From assembly GCA_038207085.1 (NCBI GenBank), contig JBBRAE010000005.1:64001-128000 (forward strand): a DNA stretch of 64,000 bases, in the 5' to 3' direction. Of this stretch, positions 42,383-54,155 are shown one piece after another; positions within the stretch are counted from its first letter, which is position 1; the number at the start of each line of letters is the position of its first letter. Source of the DNA: Armatimonadota bacterium. Lineage in GTDB: Bacteria > Armatimonadota > UBA5829 > DTLH01. The notes below the pieces were generated by a model. That model saw only the letters and a list, made by a program, of their open reading frames with translations. It was not told the DNA's origin and did not search any database. The position numbers and the translations under genes are program-made.

Positions 42383-43249
42383 ATGGCAAAACTTCGCATA
42401 GTGGAAGAAGGCATCAACAGCAAGACTCCAAAACTCGGACCGCCGACTTGGCTTGAAAAGAAGCTTTACGAAAAGGAACTCCGACGCCTCCAGGCAGAGC
42501 TTGTGAAGCTGCAGTACTGGGTGAAGGAGCAGAAGCTTCGCGTCGTCCTTATCTTTGAGGGACGCGACGCGGCGGGTAAGGGCGGGGTCATCAAGCGCAT
42601 CGCCGAACCGCTCAATCCCCGAGGTCTCCGGCTCGTCGCCCTTGGCACGCCTTCTGACACGGAGCGCACGCAGTGGTATTTCCAGCGCTACGTCGCGCAC
42701 CTGCCCGCCGCCGGTGAGATCGTGATATTCGACCGAAGCTGGTACAACCGCGCTGGCGTTGAAAATGTTATGGGGTTCTGCACAGAGGACGAATATCAGG
42801 AGTTTTTGCGATCCTGCCCGGACTTTGAGCGTATGCTCGTGCATTCCGGGATCATTCTGCTCAAATACTGGCTCTCGGTGAGCGACTGCGAGCAGGAGCG
42901 CCGATTCCAGGAGCGCGCCGAAAACCCGCTCAAACGTTGGAAACTAAGCCCGATCGACATCGAGTCCCGCGAAAAGTGGGAAGAGTTCTCGACCGCCAAA
43001 GATGCAATGCTCGACCACACCGACATCCCCGAGGCCCCGTGGTATCAGGTCGACGGCGACGACAAACGCCGCGCCCGCCTGAACTGCGTCCACCACATCC
43101 TGGGCTCGATCCCCTACTCAAACGCCTTCCCGAAGCCGATCAAGCTCTCGAAACGACCCAATTATTGCGGCGGATACTCAAGGCCCCAGCGCACAAGCCA
43201 CATCGTGGTGCCGGACAAGTATGACGAGGTGAAGAAAAAGGCGGCGTGA
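42383..43249 (+). CDS. ppk2: Polyphosphate kinase 2
   Basis: EGRDAAGKGG, FDRSWYNR and WKLSPID motifs. Confidence 0.96.
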   Translation: MAKLRIVEEGINSKTPKLGPPTWLEKKLYEKELRRLQAELVKLQYWVKEQKLRVVLIFEGRDAAGKGGVIKRIAEPLNPRGLRLVALGTPSDTERTQWYFQRYVAHLPAAGEIVIFDRSWYNRAGVENVMGFCTEDEYQEFLRSCPDFERMLVHSGIILLKYWLSVSDCEQERRFQERAENPLKRWKLSPIDIESREKWEEFSTAKDAMLDHTDIPEAPWYQVDGDDKRRARLNCVHHILGSIPYSNAFPKPIKLSKRPNYCGGYSRPQRTSHIVVPDKYDEVKKKAA

Positions 43250-43422
43250 GGGGAGCTGTTAGCTAAAGAGGCAGTGTCCACGGGTCGGTTTTTGGCCCGG
43301 AGCTGTAGGCCCAGCCCCACAATTGTCCGGCAATGGACGGTCGCACGGCATGTCCCACTGAGCGTCTTCAGAGATAGTGTCGAACCCAAAGACGAGAAGT
43401 TTCGGTTTCATATGTCCCCACA

Positions 43423-43812
43423 TTAACCTGCCATCACCAGCCCAAGATGCTCAACGAACGGCTGAAAATGGTGATCCGAACTGAGCAGCCTGCTGCCGGA
43501 AATCAGGCAAAAGGTCGCAATCAGGCAGTCCACAGTGTTCACTTGAACTCCGAGCTTTCGGAGAGCCCGCGTATTGTCCACCGCCTCCAGCGCCAGATCC
43601 CGACCAGCCATCGTAAACACCGAAAAACCGAGAAGATGTGCCTTCACTTTCTCAAATTGATCAGGTGGGCTCACACCCCGCAGCACTTCGTAGAGTATCA
43701 GGTCGCCAAGAGCGATCTCTTTCTCTTTGGCAAGGCGCACAAAAGCACGCACTTCTGAGGTTTCCCTGCCTTTGATCAGGTCGATCCAAACTGAGCTGTC
43801 AACGATTACCAC
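43423..43812 (-). CDS. vapC: VapC PIN-domain toxin
   Basis: VDSSVWI, E..RG, VDCLIA and SSDHHF acidic PIN residues. Confidence 0.9.
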   Translation of the reverse strand: MVIVDSSVWIDLIKGRETSEVRAFVRLAKEKEIALGDLILYEVLRGVSPPDQFEKVKAHLLGFSVFTMAGRDLALEAVDNTRALRKLGVQVNTVDCLIATFCLISGSRLLSSDHHFQPFVEHLGLVMAG

Positions 43813-44018
43813 TTGGCAGAGTCCCTGTCTTCGCGAAGAGACCTGAGGTCACCTTCCCAATCAGCCGAGCCCTTTAGCGCCATAACGGCCGCCACCTGAC
43901 GTCCGTTGCGAACAAGTGCCTTGAGCCCCTCTTCCACTATCGCCTTCTTGGTTTTGAGCCCCGTCGCTTCCTGAGCGGCCTTGAGCAGTTCGTCATCAAT
44001 CACTATGTTGGTACGCAT
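43806..44018 (-). CDS. vapB: VapB antitoxin
   Basis: MRTNIVIDDELL...TKKAIVEEGL...WEGDL; GGAGG RBS; overlaps the vapC start. Confidence 0.9.
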   Translation of the reverse strand: MRTNIVIDDELLKAAQEATGLKTKKAIVEEGLKALVRNGRQVAAVMALKGSADWEGDLRSLREDRDSAKW

Positions 44019-44159
44019 ACCCGCCTCCAGAGGAGTTATTATAAGAGTATTATACCACATAATGTGTAAATATGAGCAAATCATACACATTGACACCCGC
44101 TCACCCCTCAAACTACCATGTCGTGTGCCGTTGGGCATAATCAGACCGGTGGTGACTAG

Positions 44160-46603
<2,444 letters not shown>

Positions 46604-46615
46604 GGAGGCGTACAG

Positions 46616-46987
46616 ATGGAAGAACAAGGCTTTGAGGTCATAGACAAGCGGGTGAAGCTTGATGACACTCCAGCAGAAGAACCGAAGGCAGAAGAACAGG
46701 CCGGGGAGGAGACTCCTGAGGAGACTATGAACGTCCCGATTCAGGGGTTCTTGCAGTGGTTTGTCGAGATGCTGATCCCCGGCGCGTGGCAGCATATGGG
46801 GCTTCAGATGAACCCGGTGACTAAGAAAGTCGAGCGTGATCTGCTGCAGGCCAAGCTTGCAATCGACACGATCGCCTTTATGACCGACCAGCTTATGCCA
46901 CACATCCCTGATGAGCAGAAGAAGGCCTATCGGGCGCTTGTGGGGGATCTTCGGGTCAACTTCGTTCAGCAGTCACAGAAAGAGTAG
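46616..46987 (+). CDS. DUF1844 family protein
   Basis: AWQHMG...NP...DLLQAKLAIDT...LRVNFV. Confidence 0.75.
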   Translation: MEEQGFEVIDKRVKLDDTPAEEPKAEEQAGEETPEETMNVPIQGFLQWFVEMLIPGAWQHMGLQMNPVTKKVERDLLQAKLAIDTIAFMTDQLMPHIPDEQKKAYRALVGDLRVNFVQQSQKE

Positions 46988-47082
46988 GTCAGGGTGGTCG
47001 GTCCAAGCGGGCCGACCACCACAGTAAGAAATCAGTGTCTTGTTACGGTAGAAGGTTCGGAGTCGAGCATCTCCGGCTCGAC

Positions 47083-47511
47083 TTAGCCTGATTTCACCAT
47101 CTTGATCCTCGTGCCGAAGTTCGGCTTGGACCAGTAGTCGACGGAGTCCATCAGGTGTCGGATCAGAATAATGCCCAGTCCGCCCTCTCTGTTGACATCC
47201 GGGTTTGGCGCAGCGCCGTGTGCCGGGACCTCGAACCCTATCCCCTTGTCGATGATCTCAAGGGTCAGCCTGCCGCTTTCGCTGGAACACTTGATGACCA
47301 CGGGGTTGTCCCCCGGGCATCCCCCGTAGGCGTGACGAACGATGTTCGCGACAGCCTCGGAGACGGCGACCTTGACCTCTTCGACAGCTTCAGGGGACAG
47401 CGGCACCGAATCGGCCATTTCCCCGACGAGCGTGCGCACGGTACGGACGTATTCCGGTTTACAAGGCACTCTCAACTCCACGTTTTCGATATGTGATCGC
47501 AATCTAGCCAT
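47083..47511 (-). CDS. RsbW-like anti-sigma/Ser kinase (HATPase_c_2)
   Basis: VSEAVANIVRHAY, DKGIGF and GGLGIILIRHLMD motifs. Confidence 0.9.
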   Translation of the reverse strand: MARLRSHIENVELRVPCKPEYVRTVRTLVGEMADSVPLSPEAVEEVKVAVSEAVANIVRHAYGGCPGDNPVVIKCSSESGRLTLEIIDKGIGFEVPAHGAAPNPDVNREGGLGIILIRHLMDSVDYWSKPNFGTRIKMVKSG

Positions 47512-47964
47512 TTCTTTATCAGAGCCCTTCCCCCACCAGAGAACTGGCTTGGAACCCTATTACGGCTCAGCTGATATGGGTTCCTGTCAATGTTGTACCC
47601 GAGCACAATGTTGTTGCAAACCTTGTGGATAAGTGGGCGATGGATGAGTCTACCGACAGGCTGGGCTTGTGCCGGTTTGTTTTCAGTTCGTTTTCACGCT
47701 CTGTTTTTCTCTGTTGAGTTCGTTTTGTTGAGCGTGAGCTGAGCGTGAAATCAGTTCGTTTTATATGTTTTCTTGTTTTTGAACCACTGAGACTTGCTGT
47801 GAGAGAACTCTCTTCTCTTGCCGGTTTGTTGTATATTAATAATATACACTTTGATAGGATAAATCAAGGAATATTGTGGGTTTTCTCTGGGAAATATTTG
47901 CGAATATGTGTGCGCCGTCGATGCGCGGTGCTGTTTATGCTCCGTAGGGAGGTGATGTACCACC

Positions 47965-48810
47965 TCAGGGCTGCGGGCTGACGTTGTACCAGTCCGACAG
48001 CCACTGGCTCAGCTGATTGATCTCCACAGTCTGTCCTGTCACGATGTTCGATGCCAGCGACTTTAGCTCCGGGTGAATGGCTTTCTGCTCAGCCATGCGA
48101 GCCATGTTTACTGCATCCTGGTGGTGGGTGATCATGGCCTGCATATATCGTATCTCAAGACCGCTGCCGCTTAAGGAGCGAAGCTCTATGGTGGTCTGCT
48201 CGCCCATTGGCATAGCCATCGCGGGCACGGAAGCGTTATACCAACTCTTTAGCCACCTGGACATCTCCTGGATCTCCTGCGACTGGGTGTCTATCACGCG
48301 CTGGGCGAACTGCCGAAGCTCGGGGTGCACAGCCTTCCGGACGACGACTTCTGACATCGCGACAGCTCCGGCGTGGTGTCGGATCATATCTTTTAGGAAT
48401 GCCTGCTCGAACTGGGGCGAGGGCATCTGCATCATCGCCTGCATTCCCGGACCACTGCCCACGCCGCCGACCATCGACCCATTCATGCCGCTCATCTGCA
48501 TCGTGGGGAGCATAGTCCGCGAAACGACCTGAAGGGTATTCTTGTCGAGCTTGAGGAGTTCACTGCCGCGGATGATGTAAATAGAAGTGTCATCGACTGC
48601 TATCGCCGGATGCATCGTTCCCATCATCTTCATCATCTGGTCCATAGACATCCCGCCCATCATCCCGGCCCCGGCGGGCGGCTTGCTGGCCGTGGATTTG
48701 GGTGCAGTCTTTGTCACAGAGGGATGATGAGTTGCATTACCGGCTGCCCAGCTTGTCCCGCACAGGGCGAACGCCAGAAGTCCCGCAACGATTGAGAATG
48801 CTCTTTGCAT
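47965..48810 (-). CDS. Secreted DUF305 (ferritin-like, Met-rich) protein
   Basis: Signal peptide; two MIxHHxxAVxM...Q..EI..M..WL repeats. Confidence 0.88.
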   Translation of the reverse strand: MQRAFSIVAGLLAFALCGTSWAAGNATHHPSVTKTAPKSTASKPPAGAGMMGGMSMDQMMKMMGTMHPAIAVDDTSIYIIRGSELLKLDKNTLQVVSRTMLPTMQMSGMNGSMVGGVGSGPGMQAMMQMPSPQFEQAFLKDMIRHHAGAVAMSEVVVRKAVHPELRQFAQRVIDTQSQEIQEMSRWLKSWYNASVPAMAMPMGEQTTIELRSLSGSGLEIRYMQAMITHHQDAVNMARMAEQKAIHPELKSLASNIVTGQTVEINQLSQWLSDWYNVSPQP

Positions 48811-48926
48811 GGCTATTACCTCCAGTAAGGTGCACAGATATTGCTCTCTCTATATTGCCCCAACGTCTGAGCGGCTAAACAATGGGAGCTTTGATACTTC
48901 GGCGCTCGGTCTGTTGAGCCGAAGCT

Positions 48927-49118
48927 CTAAGAGCGTGTCTGAGAAGTGTAGTGGCCGTCCGCCGTGACGGCCATCGGCTCCGAAGGAGCCGGAAAACGGT
49001 GGAATTTCGTGCCAATTGAGCGTTGATACGAGATTGCGCCGTAGGGCAGCGCCTACGGCGCTGATGGCCGGCACGGTGACCGGCCACTACAATTGGGATT
49101 TCTCAGACACGCTCTTAG
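48927..49118. mobile_element. MITE-like element: 19-bp perfect terminal inverted repeats enclosing a family A REPIN
   Basis: CTAAGAGCGTGTCTGAGAA ... TTCTCAGACACGCTCTTAG; internal GTAG (48948) ... CTAC (49090) REP doublet. Confidence 0.75.
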
Positions 49119-49261
49119 CGACTGCACTCTCGACGGAGAGTGCGATAGCCGCCGGGTGTAATGTACGCCCGGCACGACATACGCGACACTGCACGACAGC
49201 ATTCGGACGATGTATCTGCTCTCCTATGATGGCGGCCACAGACAGGTTGTCCTTATGCTCA

Positions 49262-50398
49262 CTACCGGGCACGGACTTCGGCGTTGTAGTCATCCACAAG
49301 CTCACCCACAAACCGGATTCGCTCAATGTCACCCTGGCTCGACATTTCGTCCGATATTCCGAGGATCAGCTTGGGCGCGAAAAGAGAAATGGTTCTTTGG
49401 ACGCACTCCCCGAGCACCTCAAGAGGAAACGTCTCGTCAAAGTAGATCGCCGGGATGCCGTCGAGGAGCAATATATCGTCACCAAGCGCCTCCTTGACCT
49501 CCTCTATCGTCACATCACCCTGGGGTGCCGGGGTGATTGCCTCAATGCCGTCGAGCCCAGAGACTCTTGCGTATTTCAGCAATGACTTAACGTCGCCGTC
49601 CCAGTGGGAGTGCACGAACTTTCCAGCCTTGTGAAGCTTCTCGCAGCGGTCAATATAGGCCGGGAGGACATACTCATCGTAGAGCATTGGGGAAAGCGTC
49701 GCGCAGTGCAGGTTGTCCCCGAAATTGATGATCTCAACCGGCGAAGAGTTGATCACCTCTATCAGCTTCAGGTGGTTTTCGTGCAGCACCTTGAAGTAGT
49801 CGTCGATAACACTTCCCCATTCGTAGATGGCGTAGACTCCTCGCTCGACGCCCATCGTGTCAATGTATAGGTTCTGTACGTTCACCCGCGGCATAAACAT
49901 TGTCGGCGCTCCCAGATCGCCCACTTCCGCATGAAGGCATTCGTATGAGTCCTTATCAAACCGCCAGTCCGAGTTCTCAAGGATCCATGTCGCTACCCGC
50001 ATATCGTCCGGGGTCTCTATCCACTCCTTGTCGACAATCTGGGCCCAGCTGTTCTCGGTCCGCCTGACGACACGAGATATACTGCCCAAGGGAGTCTTCG
50101 CCTCGTAGGCAGTCCTAAACTCATCCAGTTCTCTGCTTGAGCAAACTACTCCTGCCGATTCCTTCCCTTGAAAGCACGTATTGAACTGATACAGTCTGTC
50201 AGAGCATCCCAAGCTGCGGTACATGTCAGCCTGGGACGCACCCTCGTATCGTCCGACACCACGATTGTCCCATTTGCGGTCTTTCCACCAGCAGTCGACC
50301 CTCGGCTGCCAGATAATCATCCCATCAGAGCGTCCGTATGCTACATCCAAATGTAGCTTCGCCAAATCCATGTTCTTGTGATCAGTATGCCGTTGCAA
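49262..50398 (-). CDS. Uroporphyrinogen decarboxylase-like (URO-D/MtaA superfamily) protein
   Basis: TPLG...EWIETPDD, NFGDN, LSP..Y..YVLP and HSHWDG motifs. Confidence 0.8.
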   Translation of the reverse strand: MQRHTDHKNMDLAKLHLDVAYGRSDGMIIWQPRVDCWWKDRKWDNRGVGRYEGASQADMYRSLGCSDRLYQFNTCFQGKESAGVVCSSRELDEFRTAYEAKTPLGSISRVVRRTENSWAQIVDKEWIETPDDMRVATWILENSDWRFDKDSYECLHAEVGDLGAPTMFMPRVNVQNLYIDTMGVERGVYAIYEWGSVIDDYFKVLHENHLKLIEVINSSPVEIINFGDNLHCATLSPMLYDEYVLPAYIDRCEKLHKAGKFVHSHWDGDVKSLLKYARVSGLDGIEAITPAPQGDVTIEEVKEALGDDILLLDGIPAIYFDETFPLEVLGECVQRTISLFAPKLILGISDEMSSQGDIERIRFVGELVDDYNAEVRAR

Positions 50399-50653
50399 CG
50401 TTCATTCTCCTTATGGTCTGCATCGCAATTATCGCAGTCACGCAGAGGGCGTGACTAACTTACCTATGCCCACTATTCGGAGCGACCTGTCATCCTAAGG
50501 GGCAGTTTTCCACCCCGGTGCATATTAGCATATCAGTATATCGACTTTTCCTTAAGTATTGTTCACCGGTTGCATTGCGTATCGTCCGGGGTTCGACTCG
50601 TGATATACTTTACATCTTGGCGCTAGATCGCTATAAATTAGGTTGGAGGGAGA

Positions 50654-51544
50654 ATGAGCGAGCCGTTTGTTAGTGTAGTATTGCCTGTTTGGAATGGGGA
50701 AAGGTTCGTGCGCGAGGCGATCGATAGCCTCCTTGCGCAGACATATACCGAGTATGAGGCGATTCTGATCGATGACGCTTCTACAGACGCTACAGGGGAG
50801 ATTCTGCAGTCGTACGCGTCCGATAGCAGGTTTCGCGTTATCCACAGAACCCAGAACGGTGGCTGCAGCGCGGGGCGCAACGATGCAATCGCCATCGCCC
50901 GGGGAGAGTGGATCGCGTTCATTGACGCCGACGATAAATGGATGCCTGACAAGCTCCAAAAACAGGTGGAGCTGATCAAGAGCGAGCCCAACGTTCGGCT
51001 GGTCTTCACAAACGGCCTCACCTGCCAGGAGTCGGGGGAGCTCGTGCCATTCTACAGCAGACCCAAGCGATTTCCCGACGGTGATGTGTTTTTGAAACTT
51101 CTGCGCAGCGACCGGTTTTTCACGAGTTCCGTGATGGTGCGGCGGCAGGATGTGATCGACTGCGGGTGGTTCCGGATTGATTTGGCGCGCGCAGAGGACT
51201 ACGACCTGTGGATCCGACTCTTTGAAATTGGTGGCAAAGCCGCTGGGGTGTGGGACCGAGTGACATGGTTCCGCGAGCGACCCGACAGCATGAGCAAAAG
51301 CCGTGTGCTGGTGTGGGAATCGATTATCCGTATTTTTGAGGACGCGTTCGCCCGCTCCACAAGCCCGCGCGCCCGGTGGACCCTCCGCGGATCGCTCGCC
51401 GAGGTGAGGAGCAAGCGTCACTCGGCGCGGGCGGAGGCGATGCTATCGGGTAGCATCGAGGGGTCGGCGCGGTGGGAATTTTTGCTGTCATGGTTGGCCT
51501 GCCCTCGGAGGTTGAGGGGGATTTGGAGGGCGATGTTTTTGTGA
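50654..51544 (+). CDS. Glycosyltransferase family 2
   Basis: VSVVLP.WN, IDDASTD, FIDADD and EDYDLW motifs. Confidence 0.93.
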   Translation: MSEPFVSVVLPVWNGERFVREAIDSLLAQTYTEYEAILIDDASTDATGEILQSYASDSRFRVIHRTQNGGCSAGRNDAIAIARGEWIAFIDADDKWMPDKLQKQVELIKSEPNVRLVFTNGLTCQESGELVPFYSRPKRFPDGDVFLKLLRSDRFFTSSVMVRRQDVIDCGWFRIDLARAEDYDLWIRLFEIGGKAAGVWDRVTWFRERPDSMSKSRVLVWESIIRIFEDAFARSTSPRARWTLRGSLAEVRSKRHSARAEAMLSGSIEGSARWEFLLSWLACPRRLRGIWRAMFL

Positions 51545-51746
51545 GTGGTCGCGGGGTGCGATGTGCTTTGGGACGGAAAAGCGTGTCCCGAAGCATAGGA
51601 AATGCGTATCGTTACTCCTGGCTGCATTATACCAGATCATCGGGCGGGTCACATCCCCTTCCTCTCTTGCAAAAATGGGGAATCCGAACCACAAGCGAGA
51701 TAGACGACGAAAGGTGCGCACTTGCTCTTCATGCCAAAGAGCAGCA

Positions 51747-52286
51747 TTAGTACGAAACAGGGTCGTCGATAAGCCCCAGTGCCTCAATATCTTTGATCGT
51801 CTTGTAAAGGTGCAGCGGGCCGGTGGTGAGTTCTTCGAAGTCGTAATTTTGGTAGAAGGCGGCCGCCTGTTCGTCGAGAGCATCGACTACAAGCGCGTGG
51901 ATACCGACTCTCTTAGACAGCAGGAGAGCGCTCCTTTGCGCGTGGAAGAGAAGTCGCAGGCCGATCTTCTGGCCCTTGTACCTGTTATCCACCGCAAGCC
52001 GTCCAAGCAAGACAACGGGGACCTTGTTTATCGACGGCTTGCCGGGCACATCCTCGGGTTGAAGAGCGCTCGTAGAGAGAGTGTAGTAGCCGATGATCTG
52101 CGGAGATCCCGGCTCGGAGACGGCTACCCAGACCTGTGCGTAGCCCTTTTCCATATGCTGCCGCGCTGTGAACTTGAGATAGTCGTTTAGGCTGGGCTCT
52201 CCGCAATCGAAGTTACGTCTGTCATGAACTGTCTTGTCCAGATGCTCGATAACGAGAGGTGTCGGAGCTATGGGCGTCTCTACCAT
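51747..52286 (-). CDS. GNAT acetyltransferase toxin (TacT/AtaT-like)
   Basis: FDCGEPSLNDYL, GYYTL, LGRLAVD..Y.GQ.IG and VDALDE.A..FY motifs. Confidence 0.9.
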   Translation of the reverse strand: MVETPIAPTPLVIEHLDKTVHDRRNFDCGEPSLNDYLKFTARQHMEKGYAQVWVAVSEPGSPQIIGYYTLSTSALQPEDVPGKPSINKVPVVLLGRLAVDNRYKGQKIGLRLLFHAQRSALLLSKRVGIHALVVDALDEQAAAFYQNYDFEELTTGPLHLYKTIKDIEALGLIDDPVSY

Positions 52287-52582
52287 ACCTGCCTGTCGCC
52301 TTCATCGCGGCCCTGCTTGAACAGCTCAACTGCCTTCTTAGTGGCCTCGCTCGGTTCACGCGCGGGCCGGTCAAGGGACGCAGTGAAGTTATCCCACTCG
52401 CTCTTGGTGAGCCGGATGATCGGTTCCTCTCGCACCACTTCGGATGCGGCGGACACCAGGGCATGGACGATGAAATCGGACAGAGTGAACCCGGATGTCC
52501 TCGCAGCTTGTTCGATCAGCTGTTTGTGCTCAGGGGACACCCTGCAACTCAAGCTCCCAGATTTTGTGCGTGCTACTGACAT
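52280..52582 (-). CDS. DUF1778 RHH antitoxin (TacA/AtaR-like)
   Basis: RVSPEHKQLIEQAA...TLSDFI...IRL...W..F...LD; overlaps the toxin start. Confidence 0.9.
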   Translation of the reverse strand: MSVARTKSGSLSCRVSPEHKQLIEQAARTSGFTLSDFIVHALVSAASEVVREEPIIRLTKSEWDNFTASLDRPAREPSEATKKAVELFKQGRDEGDRQVW

Positions 52583-52601
52583 TGCCTATTTCCCTCCATG
52601 C

Positions 52602-52623
52602 GTAGTATACCATGGTGTACTGC
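52602..52623. promoter_or_regulatory. Palindromic putative TA operator
   Basis: GTAGTATAC-CATG-GTGTACTGC just upstream of the antitoxin RBS. Confidence 0.5.
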
Positions 52624-52978
52624 AGGTGTCACACATCATCGCGTGACGAAGAAGCAATAAAGGATATTGGCCACTGTCACTGTTCACGGGGCTTTGGCGA
52701 AAAGGGCGACAAAGAATTCAAATAGCCCTGCGGATCATTCACGAACCGAAACGACAAGTTACGCCGTCCTCAAACAAGACAGTCTGTACCTCGTCATGTG
52801 ATGCCTTGGTGGGATCCTGTCCCAATAGTTGCACAGCGCATCCACGGGAGATTATATAGAATGTATACTGCCAGATTGCCATTAGTGGACTTTTAGAAAA
52901 AGGTGACAGACACCTTTTTGTAGAGCCGTCGATCTACCGTCTTAGATTCTTAGTATCTCCATAGCCCAACATGCTCAG

Positions 52979-53030
52979 GCGGGTCACAGACCCGCAAAGA
53001 CGGGACCTGGATTGCAAATCCAGGTCCATC
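52979..53030 (-). repeat. Family B-related half element (REP hairpin plus helper hairpin)
   Basis: GGACCTGGATTGCAAATCCAGGTCC and GCGGGTCACAGACCCGC. Confidence 0.6.
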
Positions 53031-53040
53031 GTATCGTGTG

Positions 53041-54117
53041 TTACACCTTAAACCGAACGTACATAATATCGCCGTCCTGCACGATGTAGTCTTTCATATA
53101 GAGCTCGACTTTGTTTGCGCGCTTGGCTTCGTCCCAGCCTCCGGTGGCTTTTACGTCGGCGAAGTGGCCGATCTCGGCGCGGATGAAGCCTCGGGCGAGG
53201 TCGCTGTGGATCTTACCTGCGGCGTCTACTACAATCGTGCCGTCGGGGATGCTGTAGGCCTTTACCTCAGGCTCGCCTGCGGTGTAGAAGCTGATCAAGC
53301 CCAGGCGGCGGTAGGTCTCCCGGACCAGAAGGTCGCGTGCGGGGACCTCAAGGCCGAGAGCTTCCAAATACTCTTTCTGCTCCGCTTCGGGGAGTTCGCC
53401 TACTTCGGCCTCAACTCTGGCCGACAGAACCGTCATCGAGAGCCCGGCATCCTCGCAGTAGGCTCGCAGTTCGGCGAGGGCGGGGGTGTCGGAGCCGATC
53501 GTGTCCTCGGTGATGTTGGCGACGATGATCTGGGGCTTCATGCTCATAAAATCATAGCCGTGGACGAGCTTATCCTGGTCGGGAGTCAGGCTCAAGGTCT
53601 GGGGGAGCAGGCCGTTTTCGAACGTGTCACGCAGCGCAGTAAGCAGGTCGCGCTCCATCGTCTGAGGAGTGCTTGCGTCCTTCTTGGTGCCGTGAAGCGA
53701 CTTTTCAATGCGAGTAATGCGGCTTTCGACAGACTGAAGGTCGGCGAGCATAAGCTCCTCGGTCAGGTCGCGGGCGTCCTTGGCCGGGGTCGGCGCGTCC
53801 CCTGAGAGGCTCTCAAAGGTGCGAACGATGTGAAGCAGGGCGTCAACCTGGCGCACGTCCTCGAAGAAGTCCGAGCCGAACTTGCCGCGGGTGTCCGCGC
53901 CGATCTTTGCGCCGCCGTCGATGAACTCGATCGTCGCGGGGGTGATCTTCTTTGGGTGGTTGGTCTCGATCAACCAGTCCATCCGCTCGTCAGGCACCGC
54001 GACGACCCCAATGTTCGCCTTGCCACCGTACTCGTCTATGGGGGCCTGGCCCTGAGTTATCGCCCGAAAAAGGGTCGTCTTACCGGACTGCTGGAGCCCG
54101 ACTATTCCTACTTTCAC
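53041..54117 (-). CDS. ychF: Redox-regulated ATPase YchF
   Basis: MKVGIVG...GKTTLF, VAVPDER and AGKIHSDLARGFIRAE...YIVQDGD motifs. Confidence 0.92.
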   Translation of the reverse strand: MKVGIVGLQQSGKTTLFRAITQGQAPIDEYGGKANIGVVAVPDERMDWLIETNHPKKITPATIEFIDGGAKIGADTRGKFGSDFFEDVRQVDALLHIVRTFESLSGDAPTPAKDARDLTEELMLADLQSVESRITRIEKSLHGTKKDASTPQTMERDLLTALRDTFENGLLPQTLSLTPDQDKLVHGYDFMSMKPQIIVANITEDTIGSDTPALAELRAYCEDAGLSMTVLSARVEAEVGELPEAEQKEYLEALGLEVPARDLLVRETYRRLGLISFYTAGEPEVKAYSIPDGTIVVDAAGKIHSDLARGFIRAEIGHFADVKATGGWDEAKRANKVELYMKDYIVQDGDIMYVRFKV

Positions 54118-54155
54118 TTGTCCTCACCTCCTACGTGAACGGCGTCTTTTACCGT

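Noticed and set aside
47671..47830. CRISPR array or oriC
   Set aside because: Repeats are only 10-11 bp with uneven spacing and there are no cas genes; there is only one DnaA box and no dnaA/dnaN context.
50585..50600. tRNA T-loop-like GGTTCGACTC
   Set aside because: No T-stem or cloverleaf forms around it.
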